Assembly (NCBI GenBank): GCA_029762535.1
Contig: JARVGK010000003.1
Coordinates: forward strand, 32,001 to 96,000
Direction: 5' to 3'
DNA from: Thermoplasmatota archaeon
GTDB taxonomy: Archaea; Thermoplasmatota; Penumbrarchaeia; Penumbrarchaeales; Penumbrarchaeaceae
Length of the DNA stretch: 64,000 nucleotides
Shown here: one piece after another, positions 18,563 to 29,626 of the stretch
Numbering within the stretch: position 1 is the first letter of the stretch
Layout of the letters: each line of letters starts with the position of its first letter
The notes under the pieces: generated by a model
What the model was told of the DNA's origin: nothing
Database searches by the model: none
Seen by the model: the letters and a program-made list of their open reading frames with translations, nothing else
Program-made: the position numbers and the translations under genes

Positions 18563-19654
18563 CCAATGCGTGCCGAGGGGTTCTCTCTTCCTCGTGTCGA
18601 AGGCCTTCTCCTCCTCACCTAGCGGAATGTCAATTCTCCTTCGCAGCACATCGGAGAGATGGGCGGCCTGCATGACCTCGACGCTCTCCCTCCCCTGAAC
18701 GCTGGTCACCGCTATGTCCTCATCTCGCGAGAGTACACCGATGACGTTGTTCAGGACCTTATCGTGGTTCGACATCGATCCTTGATACCCACCCTTGTAC
18801 GTGTTCGCGGGCGCGCCGAGAGGTATCTCAGGCTTTTCGACCCCCTCGACGCTCCAGTCCGAGATCTCGTTGAGGTACTTGCCACCGATCTTGATGCACC
18901 CCTTCTCGCCCAGCACCATCAGGGATCCCTCCATGTTCCTGCCGTAGGCGGCGGTGGTGTAGCTTAGGACCCCGGCGCATCCATTTTTGAAATCTATCCT
19001 GACATGGCCAAGGTCCTCTACCTCAATATAAGGATGGGCAACGTTGTCCATCCAGGCGTTCACTGATAGGGCCTCCCCTCCGATCCACAGTATCAGATCG
19101 ATGAAATGGCTGCACTGGGTGAACAATGCCCCTCCGTCAAGGTCGAGGGTACCCCGCCATTCGCCCTCTCTGAAATAGTTCATGTTCCGATTCCAGAGAA
19201 CCGTCGAGGATATCATATAGATCCTGCCCAGCTTCCCGCTAACGACCATGTCCCGCAGGATCGACACCGGTGGATTGTATCTGTTCTGCTTCACCAAGAA
19301 GTACTTCTTTCCCGTCTCCTTCTCGGTCCGTATTATAGAGTCGGCCTCCTTCAAGGTGAGGGCCATGGGCTTCTCGGAGAGCACATGCTTTCCGGCCCTC
19401 ATGGATGCTATTGCCTGTGAGGCATGCAGTCCAGAAGGCGTGCATAGGTTCACCACATCGATATCATCCCTGGACAGAACGTCATCGAAAGAATATACGC
19501 TCTCGCATCCCGCGATCGTGGCCCCTTCATCCGCCCGTTCGGGAACGATGTCGCACACCCCTGTTATCCTCGCGCCTTCCAGGCCTTTGAGGAAGGATAC
19601 GTGCCTCGAGCCAATATTGCCGTAGCCAACTACCGCGAACCTTACATCTTCCAT
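18548..19654 (-). CDS. Gfo/Idh/MocA oxidoreductase (WlbA/WbpB-like nucleotide-sugar dehydrogenase)
   Basis: GYGNIG, EKPMAL, QNRYNPP, WRGT..DGGA...SHFIDL. Confidence 0.85.
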   Translation of the reverse strand: MEDVRFAVVGYGNIGSRHVSFLKGLEGARITGVCDIVPERADEGATIAGCESVYSFDDVLSRDDIDVVNLCTPSGLHASQAIASMRAGKHVLSEKPMALTLKEADSIIRTEKETGKKYFLVKQNRYNPPVSILRDMVVSGKLGRIYMISSTVLWNRNMNYFREGEWRGTLDLDGGALFTQCSHFIDLILWIGGEALSVNAWMDNVAHPYIEVEDLGHVRIDFKNGCAGVLSYTTAAYGRNMEGSLMVLGEKGCIKIGGKYLNEISDWSVEGVEKPEIPLGAPANTYKGGYQGSMSNHDKVLNNVIGVLSRDEDIAVTSVQGRESVEVMQAAHLSDVLRRRIDIPLGEEEKAFDTRKREPLGTHWSKQG

Positions 19655-19690
19655 TCTAACGCGCTCCTATCGATCGTTCCCGGGTGGGGG

Positions 19691-21082
19691 TCATGACTTG
19701 TAGTAGGTCTTGATGTACTTATCATCTATTCTCTTGAGCTCGTCCTTGGGGATGATCCTCAAGAGCTTCCAGGCTATACCGAGCGTGTCTTCGATGGTTC
19801 GGTCCTCGTCGTTCCTCTGAGTGATAAAATGTTTCTCGAACTCCTCAGAGAAGCGCAGATATGCCCTATCCCTGTCGGTGAGAGCCTCCTCCCCGACCAC
19901 GGCGACGAGGTCCCTGAGGTTCACTCCCTCGGCGTAGGCGGCATAGAGCTGATTGGACACCTGGTCGTGATCGCCCCTGGTCCTGCCTTCTCCGATCCCC
20001 TGCTTCATCAGCCTGGAAAGGCATGGTAGTACATCGACGGGAGGGGATATGGACTTGCGGTGCAGGTCCCTGGATAGAACGATCTGTCCCTCAGTTATGT
20101 AACCCGTCAGGTCAGGTATCGGATGCGTTATGTCGTCATCTGGCATCGTCAATATGGGTATCTGGGTTATGGAACCCTTCCTGTTCTGTATCCTGCCCGC
20201 CCTTTCGTATATCTGGGACAGGTCGGTGTACATATATCCCGGGTAACCCCTTCTGCCCGGGACCTCCTCCCTCGCCGCCGCGATCTCCCTCAGAGCCTCG
20301 CAGTAGTTGGTCATGTCGGTGAGTATGACGAGTATATGCATGTCCTTGGAATATGCCAGGTATTCCGCCGTGGTGAGGGCCATCCTGGGGATGATGATCC
20401 TCTCGATCGCGGGATCGTCCGCTAGGTTAAGGAACAGGACGGACCTCTCCAGAGCCCCGCTCAGCTCGAAGGAACGTTTGAAGTAGTTCGCCTCCTCGGC
20501 AGTTATCCCCATTGCGCAGAATATAACGGCGAACTCGCCCGATCCTCCGGGGACCTTGGCCTGTCTAGCGATCTGTGCGGCGAGGTCATTGTGAGGAAGG
20601 CCCGATGCGGAAAAGATGGGGAGCTTCTGCCCTCTGACGAGCGTGTTCATTCCGTCTATGGTGGATATTCCGGTCTGGATGAACTCCCGAGGGTATTCCC
20701 TGGCAGTTGGATTGATGGGCTCCCCGTTGATGTCCTTTCGTAGCTCGGGAATGATCTCCGGGCCGTCATCGATGGGTCTGCCGATACCGTCGAAGACCCG
20801 GCCCAGCATGTCCTGGGACAGTGGGATCTTCATCGTCTCCCCGGTGAACCTCACCGAGGTCGTCTTGGTGTCTATACCCTTGGTTCCCTCGAAGACCTGT
20901 ATTATCGCCTTGTCGGTATGGGCCTCGAGGACCTGTCCGAGCCTCATCTTCCCATCCGGGGCCCTGACCTGTACCACCTCGCCGTAGGATGCGCCTTTTA
21001 CCCCTTCGACGACCATCAGCGGACCCGATACCTCCTGGACGGTCGAATACTCAACATCCTTGCCCTCGACCAGGGTTGACAT
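19691..21082 (-). CDS. atpB: A/V-type ATP synthase subunit B
   Basis: [44 protein letters not shown]. Confidence 0.97.
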   Translation of the reverse strand: MSTLVEGKDVEYSTVQEVSGPLMVVEGVKGASYGEVVQVRAPDGKMRLGQVLEAHTDKAIIQVFEGTKGIDTKTTSVRFTGETMKIPLSQDMLGRVFDGIGRPIDDGPEIIPELRKDINGEPINPTAREYPREFIQTGISTIDGMNTLVRGQKLPIFSASGLPHNDLAAQIARQAKVPGGSGEFAVIFCAMGITAEEANYFKRSFELSGALERSVLFLNLADDPAIERIIIPRMALTTAEYLAYSKDMHILVILTDMTNYCEALREIAAAREEVPGRRGYPGYMYTDLSQIYERAGRIQNRKGSITQIPILTMPDDDITHPIPDLTGYITEGQIVLSRDLHRKSISPPVDVLPCLSRLMKQGIGEGRTRGDHDQVSNQLYAAYAEGVNLRDLVAVVGEEALTDRDRAYLRFSEEFEKHFITQRNDEDRTIEDTLGIAWKLLRIIPKDELKRIDDKYIKTYYKS

Positions 21083-21108
21083 GGGTCCGGGTAGCTGAAC
21101 TCCCGATA

Positions 21109-22986
21109 TTAATCTTTAGGTCGTCCTGGGATCATTAGCATAATGAGGAACATCAATACGAGGATCGATACGATAAGCCAGGATGCGAGCGCGGAAGTGT
21201 CGATCGGACTGGTTTTTGAGAATTCGACGTTCACAAGGTTGTTGGCCCTGAACGAGGCATCTGAATACTCGTCCTGTGAGGAGAGTTCCGCCTCGATGAT
21301 GTGCAAGCCTTCGGGGATCTCGCCAAGAGGCACCCTGATCTCCGATCCCCGGTCTTCCGTTATCATCACGGTCTCACGGCGTAGCAGGACCCCGTCCAGG
21401 GAAAGCTTCACGATGGCGTGGGCCTCGCCTTCACCCACCATCGCAACTTTTATGATCGCAGATCCTTCCTCGACGGTCAATGCCTCGATGTAGGGGTCCG
21501 CGAGAGGGATCTCCACGTCGACCATCAATCCCATTTCCGGCCGGATCGGGATCACCTTGTTCGAAATGCCCCAATAGGCTGTCATGGAGTAATCGACATC
21601 GACAATTGTCCCGTACTCCTTTACATATCCCCAAATGAGGTCGATGCGTCCCGGGCTCCTGTGATACGATCCGATATGGGATTCCAGAACAAGCTTTGCC
21701 CCCATGATCGGGAATCCCCCCGGGCCGACAGTTCCGATATCTACATAGCTCCACCAGGAGGTCCTGCCGGGGCTGTCCACCCCCGGGATGAACATGTTCA
21801 AAGGATAGTCGGTCTCGTCCCAGGTCTGTTCCTGTATGGCCCAGACCGAGTAGTTCTCGAACCTGCAGTTCTCGATATCGTTGACGCCGCCCCCTTCCAA
21901 TAGAAGCCCTATGTCGTTATCCTTGAAATTGCAGTCCCTCAGATCGAGGGGTGCTGAGGACCGGACCCCTATGTCCGCTCCATCGATGGTGAAGCGGCCA
22001 AGGAAAATACGCTGGGTGTTCGCACAGAGCACTCCTATCCCCGAGCTGTGTACCGCAGAATCGCTGAGAGGGACCACGTCGTTAACGGAATGGCACTCAT
22101 ATAGCGAGATCCCGGTATGCACCCCGTGGATGCTCACATCCTCGACATGTTGGATCCTTGCCTCATCGAACTTGAGCCCGAACAATGCGTTTTCCAGTTC
22201 TATTGTGACGTTCGAGATATTCACGCCCGACCCGCCGGAATATATCCCGGTGGTGTAGCTGCCGGATATGGACACGTCCATGGCGGTGAGATCGCACCCT
22301 CCCGTGGCGGATATCGATGCCACCTCGCTGTAGAACGCCATGTCGGAGATGAACGTGGAGTCGGATATCGAGAGGCTGCCCTGTCCATGCATCGTGATGC
22401 TGTACGAATCCACGATGCACTCGTCGAGGGTGTGGTTCCCCCTGAGGAAGATGGCCCCGGGGATGGTGGACGCTTTGATCATTGAATCGCAATCCCGCAA
22501 GGCCAGCATTCCACAGTCGACGAACGATGCGTCCTGGATCGAAACAACTCCGCGGTTGACGTAGAACCCGATCAATCCGATGTTGTCCCTGATATCCAAT
22601 AATCCATTTAGGGTGCTGTTGATCACGGTCACATCGCCCCATGCCTCGATGAAGATGGTCGTTCCCTGATGATCATCGGAAGGGGATATCGTTGAGTTGA
22701 TGATGGATAGGCTCTCCCCATCCGCTATGACGATCCCCGCGCCGTCAATGACGAGCGTGCAATCAACAATGGACAGCGACCCGTTCACGAGGATCGCTCC
22801 CGAGAGCATCTCCTCTCCCGTCAACATCAGGTCGCCCTCGATGACGTTGGGGTCCCAAACGCTTTCGGGCAGTTCGTTAACTACTGGCTGCGAGCACCCG
22901 GCATCGCCCAGAACCGGATAAGAGAACATGGTGAACATCAAAAAAATAGCCGTTATCAAGAGGATCTTACCATTCATGCGTACCAC
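21109..22986 (-). CDS. Surface protein: right-handed beta-helix, CARDB-like Ig domain, C-terminal TM
   Basis: Signal peptide, beta-helix repeats, ANNLVNV motif, terminal hydrophobic helix. Confidence 0.65.
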   Translation of the reverse strand: MVRMNGKILLITAIFLMFTMFSYPVLGDAGCSQPVVNELPESVWDPNVIEGDLMLTGEEMLSGAILVNGSLSIVDCTLVIDGAGIVIADGESLSIINSTISPSDDHQGTTIFIEAWGDVTVINSTLNGLLDIRDNIGLIGFYVNRGVVSIQDASFVDCGMLALRDCDSMIKASTIPGAIFLRGNHTLDECIVDSYSITMHGQGSLSISDSTFISDMAFYSEVASISATGGCDLTAMDVSISGSYTTGIYSGGSGVNISNVTIELENALFGLKFDEARIQHVEDVSIHGVHTGISLYECHSVNDVVPLSDSAVHSSGIGVLCANTQRIFLGRFTIDGADIGVRSSAPLDLRDCNFKDNDIGLLLEGGGVNDIENCRFENYSVWAIQEQTWDETDYPLNMFIPGVDSPGRTSWWSYVDIGTVGPGGFPIMGAKLVLESHIGSYHRSPGRIDLIWGYVKEYGTIVDVDYSMTAYWGISNKVIPIRPEMGLMVDVEIPLADPYIEALTVEEGSAIIKVAMVGEGEAHAIVKLSLDGVLLRRETVMITEDRGSEIRVPLGEIPEGLHIIEAELSSQDEYSDASFRANNLVNVEFSKTSPIDTSALASWLIVSILVLMFLIMLMIPGRPKD

Positions 22987-25572
22987 TCACATCGAACACC
23001 AGGAGCATCTTCCCTTGCCATCGCAGACGTTGCAGGTACCGCTGCCTTTGCAGGATGTGCATGTGTCCCCGAAGTATTTTCCAGTCCCGTTGCAGGTGGA
23101 GCATTTTCCGGTGCCCTTGCACCATGAGCACTCGCCCGTCCCGGAGCAGGATATGCAGTTGGGATCGCCGGCCTTCTTGACCGGTGCCTCCTCGACCTTG
23201 TCCTCGGAGGGTCTTTCCTTTTCCTTGGTATCTTTCTTCTTTTCCTCTTCTGGGGTCTGCTTGAGCTTCATAAGGATCTTCTTCTTGTAGAAGCTGGCTT
23301 CCTTGTTCTTCTGGTCGATATTGAGGACCGCATCGAAGAAACCAAGGGATTCCATCATTCTGCCGGCCTTGTATGAGGACCTGGCCTTTTCTAACAGTTC
23401 GTCGATCTCTCTCTTGGTAGTTCCATCTTTATTCTCGGCGGGCATTTTTTTCCCGGATATTTCTGATTCATATTCATCCACCATATAGGGATCGTTGAAG
23501 GAGTTCGCTTTGGCCTTCAGGTCATCGTCCTTCTTCTTGTAGGCGTCCCTTAGAAGGCCAGCCTTGAGCTTTATGAGCCTTTTAACGAGTTCCTTGAATA
23601 TCTCGTACTCCGAATTCAGATAATCAGTGTCCGTCGTGAGGTAGCTCCTGATCTTAGAGGTGTCAATCCCCTTGGAGTCTATCTCATCAAGCTTTCTGCA
23701 GATGACGCCGCGCCTCTGCTCCTCCTTGGCGTTCTTCTCCTTTAGGTTCTGGAACACCTCCATGACCTCTGAAGTCATGTCGGGTTTGTCCAGATTCTCG
23801 GCGATGAACGTCTCATCCGTCTTGAACCAACCCCTGATCTCGGTCTGGAACTCCTTCTTGAAGGTCTCGAGCGTTGCGATCGAGCGGGTGTATTTAAGCA
23901 TGATATCCTGAAGGTTCTCCACGGTCTTGGCCTGTCTCATCTGAGATAGAATGCCTTCGATCTCGTACCCCTGTCCCCTCCAAACCTTGAGCAGATCGTT
24001 GAGCTCCTTTCTCTTCTCCCTCATCCCCTCATATTCCTGGATCTGTCCTTCGATCTCGGAATACTCCCTGATCACGGATTCGTACAGTTCGGGGTTCTTG
24101 AGCTTCAATAATACCTTGTGGACGCTGTCGGATATCTCCTTTACGTTCTGGGACTTGAGTTTCGCTTCGATATCCAGGAGTTGCTTGATCCTGTCATCGT
24201 ATAGTTCGATCAGCTTTTCCGTAGAGTCCAGGTCCTTTTTATCGAACATGTCCTCCAATTGATTGATCGTGAATCCCATACCCTTCCACTGCTTTATTGT
24301 GGATTCGATGTTCTGCGTCCTGATCCTGTGGGCCTTGATCCTCTCCTTAAGCTCCTTTATCTGATGGTCTATGACCTCCATGTTGGTGGGATCGTTCATG
24401 GACTCGAATATCTGTGCGAGATCGTCCTCGAAATCGGTGGCATCCATAGAGAACAGCCTCTCCTTCAGGGACTTGAGCTTCGCGAGGTTCCTGACGAAAA
24501 TGTCATATTCCTCCTCAAGCAGGTTCATATCCTCGTTCAGGAGTTGCTCCACCATCTCCACCTTGTATCCTTCGACCCTGTAACGCCTGAGGCTCTCCTT
24601 AATCTCGGCACGCCTCTTGGATTCCTCCACTAGGCGCTTCTCCCTATCTTTTATGGCGCCGATCTCCTTTTCGAGAGAGAGCATCCTCTCGACGATGGTA
24701 TCCAGCATCCAGGGGTCATCGATCATCGACTCCAGGTCCCTTAATTGGGAGGAGATCGAGGAGCTCACCGGAGAGGATTTGATATCGAGGAATTTCTGCT
24801 TTTCCTTCAAAAGATAATCAACGTTACCCTCGTAGATGTTGAACTGCTTCTCCAGATAGTCGAGGTCATCGTCGTTGTCTATCATCTCCTCGAGCGAATG
24901 GGTAATGAGACCTTTCCTCTTGTATCTCTGCAGCCTGTTCCTTAGGGCTCTGTATCGGCCATCAACGGATTTGAGTATGCCTCTGAGCTGGCCGATCCTT
25001 CTATCGAGGTCATCAAGCTTACCCAACTTGAAGACCTCCTTCTCGATGTTATCGATCTTTTTCCTGTATCCGCCTCCCACCTCGGAATGGTTGGCTCTAA
25101 GGTCCGCTATCGTGTCCCTTATTCTCTCTGCCTTCTCTATCTGCTCTCCCAGGGATACGAATCGCCTTTCCACCTCCTCGAAGGGATGGGAGAACAGGCC
25201 ATCATCCTTTTCCAGTTTGTATCCTTTCTCCCTCCATTCGGACACAATGGCCTTCCACTCCGATATCTTCTGGTCCATCTGATTCGCGTCCCTTATGAGC
25301 GCGAAGACACCCTTGCCCTTTTTCGAGGCGTTGCCCTTATCCTTGTTCAGTGTATCTTTCAGTCGGTTCAGATCGCCTATGAACTCCTGGATGAGGCTGT
25401 AGGCCTTCTGATGTTCACCGGTCTTGAAGAACTCCCTTGCCGAGTCGAGCTTTCCTCTTACGGGAGAGATGTCCAGGCCCTGACGCTCAAGCTGGGTCGC
25501 AAAGGCATCCCCTTTCTGGATGACCTGCTCCAGCTTCTGTATCTTGTCCTGTGCGGACGGGGATTCAATCAA
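22987..25572 (-). CDS. Large helical-repeat protein with TPR-like helix pair and C-terminal DnaJ-type CxxCxGxG Zn finger
   Basis: Repeated (W/Y)xxxG(Y/F) units; six CxxC motifs at the C-terminus. Confidence 0.65.
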   Translation of the reverse strand: MIESPSAQDKIQKLEQVIQKGDAFATQLERQGLDISPVRGKLDSAREFFKTGEHQKAYSLIQEFIGDLNRLKDTLNKDKGNASKKGKGVFALIRDANQMDQKISEWKAIVSEWREKGYKLEKDDGLFSHPFEEVERRFVSLGEQIEKAERIRDTIADLRANHSEVGGGYRKKIDNIEKEVFKLGKLDDLDRRIGQLRGILKSVDGRYRALRNRLQRYKRKGLITHSLEEMIDNDDDLDYLEKQFNIYEGNVDYLLKEKQKFLDIKSSPVSSSISSQLRDLESMIDDPWMLDTIVERMLSLEKEIGAIKDREKRLVEESKRRAEIKESLRRYRVEGYKVEMVEQLLNEDMNLLEEEYDIFVRNLAKLKSLKERLFSMDATDFEDDLAQIFESMNDPTNMEVIDHQIKELKERIKAHRIRTQNIESTIKQWKGMGFTINQLEDMFDKKDLDSTEKLIELYDDRIKQLLDIEAKLKSQNVKEISDSVHKVLLKLKNPELYESVIREYSEIEGQIQEYEGMREKRKELNDLLKVWRGQGYEIEGILSQMRQAKTVENLQDIMLKYTRSIATLETFKKEFQTEIRGWFKTDETFIAENLDKPDMTSEVMEVFQNLKEKNAKEEQRRGVICRKLDEIDSKGIDTSKIRSYLTTDTDYLNSEYEIFKELVKRLIKLKAGLLRDAYKKKDDDLKAKANSFNDPYMVDEYESEISGKKMPAENKDGTTKREIDELLEKARSSYKAGRMMESLGFFDAVLNIDQKNKEASFYKKKILMKLKQTPEEEKKKDTKEKERPSEDKVEEAPVKKAGDPNCISCSGTGECSWCKGTGKCSTCNGTGKYFGDTCTSCKGSGTCNVCDGKGRCSWCSM

Positions 25573-25813
25573 CTTCCCTTTCCCTCCCGGGTGTCCTGAA
25601 ACGGGGTGAGATAGGCTATCTGGACTTAATATTTTGCCTAATCTTTCCCTATATCGTATACTATGGACCCGAAGGTTAATTTCGAACGATTATTTATTTG
25701 AATGGGTATCATTCCTCCTTTGGCCTAATGAGATCGGGATAGAAAAAAGAAACGTTAAGTAATGGGATTGTTTAAGCCATTCCATCATAGGAAAACGGAA
25801 CGATCGGGTCAGG

Positions 25814-26137
25814 GTGTCTCAAATGAAAGCTTCTTCGATGGACAGGCTGCTCCAGGCCGAGCGCTTGGCCCAGCAGCGGGTCGATGGTGCCCGGACCGAG
25901 GCCTCGCAAATGGTCAATAGGGCCCGGGATGATATGAAGGAACATTCGGAGAAGTTGATCAAAGACGAAATTAGGTCGAAAAAAGCCGAGCTGGCAGCGG
26001 TCAAGGAGCGGGCCGAGAAAGAGTCCGAAAGACTGAGAAAGGAAGGAGCGATCTACGCCGAGGAGATAACGAAAAAGGGACGTAAGCTGGTCCCGGATGC
26101 GGTTGAAGCGGTAGTCGGCGAGTACCTTGATGGATGA
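25814..26137 (+). CDS. atpH: A-type ATP synthase subunit H (peripheral stalk)
   Basis: Charged coiled coil (LLQAERLAQQRVDGARTEA); first gene of the operon. Confidence 0.75.
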   Translation: MSQMKASSMDRLLQAERLAQQRVDGARTEASQMVNRARDDMKEHSEKLIKDEIRSKKAELAAVKERAEKESERLRKEGAIYAEEITKKGRKLVPDAVEAVVGEYLDG

Positions 26138-26152
26138 GGGAGATGAGTTGTA

Positions 26153-28195
26153 TTGTACCCGGAAAGGATGGACAGGGTGGACTTGTACCTTATGAAAAAG
26201 GATGTGGAAGGGACCCTTAAAGCCCTCCATGCGTCCATGATGATCGAGGCGGTCTCCTCGAAGGTCGCCCCCAAGGCAGGTGGGAACGATCGGGCATTGT
26301 CCGAAATGAAGGCAAGGGCGGATCGTCTCATGGACTTCATCGACGAACATCGCACTAGGCCAAAGGGCATGATATCCTCCATGCTGCCCGAGGAAGGAAT
26401 GATCCTCGATATCCCGGAGAACGAGGTACGGGGATATGTTTCAAAGCGCCTCAAGATCATCGAATCATCGATCCTGCCCGTGAAGCTCGATCTGGAAAGT
26501 ATCGTGAACGATCTCGAATTCCTTTCGGATTCGATTTCCAGACTGACCCAGATATCAGGGTTGGACGTGGATATGGGATATCTGTCCGAATTCAGTTTCC
26601 TGAAGTTCCGTGTGGGTTACACTCGCAGATTCACGGAGCTCAGGGAGACAGTGGAGGCCGCCGGAGGGTCCGTTGAAGGCTCCTTGCTCGATCGCAGGGA
26701 GGGCCTGCACGCCGTGAGCGTGATCTACACGAAAAGCACCGCTCAGGTTGTGGAGGAAGCTCTCAGGGGGAGGCTCTTCACCGACATAGTCATCGATAGG
26801 GTGAGGCTCTCGAGGGTTTTGGAGAGGGGTGGCCTCTCGTCCAAAGTACTGAAAATGAGGGTTCGGGACCTGCTCCCCGAGCTCGAGAGAGCGCGTGTGG
26901 GCCTTCTGGCCAAGAGGGATTCCACAAGGGCGATGGCCTCAGCGCTCTCTTCAGATCACTATCAGGAGATGCTCTCCCTGGAGGAGGCGCTCGATGTGGA
27001 GCGTGATATGGAACTGGGCAGGGGTTACTTCGGTCATAGTAGGTATACCGCATCGATCTCAGGATGGGTGCCAAGAAGGAGGCGCAATGAGCTCATATCC
27101 ATATTCAAGGCGACCTTGGGAAGGGAATTCCAAGCCGATTTCAGGGAACCAACGGAGGATGAGATCGGTTCCGAAACGGTCCCTGTCAAGTTGCGCAACG
27201 GATGGTTGGGCGAATTGTTCGAGCCCTTGACAACGACCTTCGCCATGCCGCGCTACAACGAGATCGATCCGAGCCTCTTCATTTCAATACCATTCATACT
27301 ATTCTTTGGAATGATGATGGGCGATGCGGGATACGGCGCCCTAATATTGCTTCCTTCGATTTACCTGTATATCAAGGGAAAGCGGAGCCCCATGCTCAAG
27401 ACCACGTCCATCCTCGGGATGTTAATGGGGGTGTCGTCCATTCTTGCCGGCATATGGATGGGCGCTTTCTTCGGAGATCTCGTACCGAGGCTTTTCTACG
27501 GCGACCCCCTGAAGCCCATATACTCATTGACGATAGCCGGTTATACCCTCCCCTATGACAGCTTGAGAGACCCAATGCACCTGTTCGGAATATCGATGGC
27601 CCTCGGTCTTCTCCATATAAACCTGGGTTTCCTACTGCTCGGATACGACAGGTTGAGAAAAAAAGACATTTGGGGTTTCATCAAAGGATCGGTATCTTGG
27701 GTATTCATCCAGTCAGGTGCCGGTATCCTTCTTGGCGGAACCATGCTTCAGGCTTTCGAGGCGGGGACCGGCGTTCTCGCCGCTGGAGGCGCATTGTTCC
27801 TGATCGGGGCAGTCCTTCTGGCATTCGAAGCCAAGGTGATGACCTTTTTCTCGATCGAAGGGATAATCGGCGATGTCGTCTCATACGCCAGGATACTGGC
27901 CCTGGGCCTATCGACGTTCGGTTTGGCCATGGCGTTCAACATAATCGGAGAGATGCTAGGTGGGATGACCCCCTTGCTCTTTCCAGTGGCGGCACTGCTG
28001 CTCGCCGTGCTGCACGTGGTTAACCTGCCTATACAGATGCTCGGGGGTTTCGTGCACTCGCTCAGACTGCAGTATGTCGAATTCTTCGGCAAGTTCTACG
28101 AGGGAGGGGGCCGCAAGTTCGAGCCCTTCGGCAGGGAGAGGCAGCATACAAGATATGTCCGCATCCAAAACGCGGAGGGGGTCGGTGAACGATGA
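26153..28195 (+). CDS. atpI: A-type ATP synthase subunit I (a)
   Basis: PRYNEIDP, FFGMMMGDAGYG, SYARILALGL, HSLRLQYVEFFGKFY. Confidence 0.95.
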   Translation: MYPERMDRVDLYLMKKDVEGTLKALHASMMIEAVSSKVAPKAGGNDRALSEMKARADRLMDFIDEHRTRPKGMISSMLPEEGMILDIPENEVRGYVSKRLKIIESSILPVKLDLESIVNDLEFLSDSISRLTQISGLDVDMGYLSEFSFLKFRVGYTRRFTELRETVEAAGGSVEGSLLDRREGLHAVSVIYTKSTAQVVEEALRGRLFTDIVIDRVRLSRVLERGGLSSKVLKMRVRDLLPELERARVGLLAKRDSTRAMASALSSDHYQEMLSLEEALDVERDMELGRGYFGHSRYTASISGWVPRRRRNELISIFKATLGREFQADFREPTEDEIGSETVPVKLRNGWLGELFEPLTTTFAMPRYNEIDPSLFISIPFILFFGMMMGDAGYGALILLPSIYLYIKGKRSPMLKTTSILGMLMGVSSILAGIWMGAFFGDLVPRLFYGDPLKPIYSLTIAGYTLPYDSLRDPMHLFGISMALGLLHINLGFLLLGYDRLRKKDIWGFIKGSVSWVFIQSGAGILLGGTMLQAFEAGTGVLAAGGALFLIGAVLLAFEAKVMTFFSIEGIIGDVVSYARILALGLSTFGLAMAFNIIGEMLGGMTPLLFPVAALLLAVLHVVNLPIQMLGGFVHSLRLQYVEFFGKFYEGGGRKFEPFGRERQHTRYVRIQNAEGVGER

Positions 28196-28235
28196 ATATG
28201 AGATCAATTTCACACCATATGGTATCTAAAAACGA

Positions 28236-28982
28236 ATGGAGGATAAAGAAATGAGATGGATGTCCGTATTGATCGTGTCGATCATCGTAGCAGGAGCCCT
28301 GCTCATGGCAGGTATCGCGAACGCCGAGAGGGTCCCCGTACTCGACGAGGATAATGACGGGATGGATGACAACTGGGAGTTAGCGAATGGCCTGGACCCA
28401 ACCGTTGACGATTCCCTTGAGGACAAGGACGGAGACGGTGTCACCAACATCAAAGAGTACCTGGACTATTCGGATCCCGACGATCCAGAGGACTCCCCTA
28501 CGGTCATTTCCAACAGGAGGCTGGTCTTCATAGGCGTTGCCGTTGCGGCGGGAGTATCGGCCATCATGTCCTCGTTGGGGATAGGGATAGCAGGGGCTGC
28601 GGCCGCTGGAGTGGTCGGGGAGCGCCCCGACAAGTTCGGAAAGCTGATAATATATCAGGCGATGCCGATGACCCAGGGCATATATGGCCTTCTCATAGCC
28701 ATACTCGTACTGAACTTCACGGGACTCACCGATCTGAATATCGAGGTCCTGAAGAACCCGTTCATCGGGTGGGCGGCTCTGGGAATCGGCATTGTCATCG
28801 CCCTTTCATCATTTTCAGCGATACCGCAGGGGATGACATCCGCATCGGCCGCGGCCGCGTTCGGCAGGAACAACGCGATATTCGGCAAGGGTATGATATT
28901 CATAGTGATGTCGGAGACCCTGGCCATCTTCGGACTGCTCGTCGCCCTCTTCCTCATTCTGGCATCGGGAATGCTGGGCTGA
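28236..28982 (+). CDS. atpK: A-type ATP synthase subunit K (c), 4-TM Na+ type, with N-terminal signal peptide and DxDxDG module
   Basis: PMTQGIYG, SAIPQG and MSETLAIFG motifs; position in the operon. Confidence 0.92.
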   Translation: MEDKEMRWMSVLIVSIIVAGALLMAGIANAERVPVLDEDNDGMDDNWELANGLDPTVDDSLEDKDGDGVTNIKEYLDYSDPDDPEDSPTVISNRRLVFIGVAVAAGVSAIMSSLGIGIAGAAAAGVVGERPDKFGKLIIYQAMPMTQGIYGLLIAILVLNFTGLTDLNIEVLKNPFIGWAALGIGIVIALSSFSAIPQGMTSASAAAAFGRNNAIFGKGMIFIVMSETLAIFGLLVALFLILASGMLG

Positions 28983-29005
28983 ACCGCTTCTGGAGATGTG
29001 AGGAT

Positions 29006-29617
29006 ATGGGCGTAGAGGATGTCGTTCGGAGGATCGAGGCCGAGGCGGAGGAGGAGCAAAAGGCCATCATCGACGAAGCTATGGCCAGATCAGTCGGGAT
29101 AAAGGAAGAGGAGCTGTCCAGGATCGAGAACGAGCTCAAAGAGATAAGGAGATCCTTCGAGAGGGAGAAGGCCAGCCTGGTCAATGTCTATCTGAGCGAG
29201 GGTAGAAGAAAGGCCAGGCAGGCCGTGCTCGCCGCGAAGGAGAACGTGATATGGGAGGCGGTCTCAGGCATCAGAAAAAGGTTCAGCGACCTTGATGGCT
29301 CCGAACTTGAGGCCCTCCTTCGCAAGTTCTCCGAAAGGTCAAGAAAGGGACTTGGACCGGGCATTTCCATCTATGCTGTCAGGAGGAAGGACTCGGAGAT
29401 GCTGGAGAAATGCGGGGCGGAGGTGGCAGGGATCATAGAGGGCGACGACCCGCTTCCCGATGGAATATCCCGCTTGAGATCGCGATCCCTCATGGGGGGT
29501 TTCATAGCGATCTCCAAGGATGGTAGGAGAGCCCTTGACATGACCTTCGGTGGAACGCTAGAACGGGATAAGGAGAGAGTGCGGTCAAAAATATCGGAGA
29601 TTCTCTTCAGGGAATGA
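29006..29617 (+). CDS. atpE: A-type ATP synthase subunit E
   Basis: MGVEDVVRRIEAEA; MGGFIAISKDG...DMTF; ATG 29006 follows a GTGAGG RBS. Confidence 0.88.
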   Translation: MGVEDVVRRIEAEAEEEQKAIIDEAMARSVGIKEEELSRIENELKEIRRSFEREKASLVNVYLSEGRRKARQAVLAAKENVIWEAVSGIRKRFSDLDGSELEALLRKFSERSRKGLGPGISIYAVRRKDSEMLEKCGAEVAGIIEGDDPLPDGISRLRSRSLMGGFIAISKDGRRALDMTFGGTLERDKERVRSKISEILFRE

Positions 29618-29626
29618 GGATGTGAC

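Noticed and set aside
28769-29005. Long N-terminal extension of subunit E
   Set aside because: It overlaps atpK in another frame; the typical E start with an RBS is at 29006.
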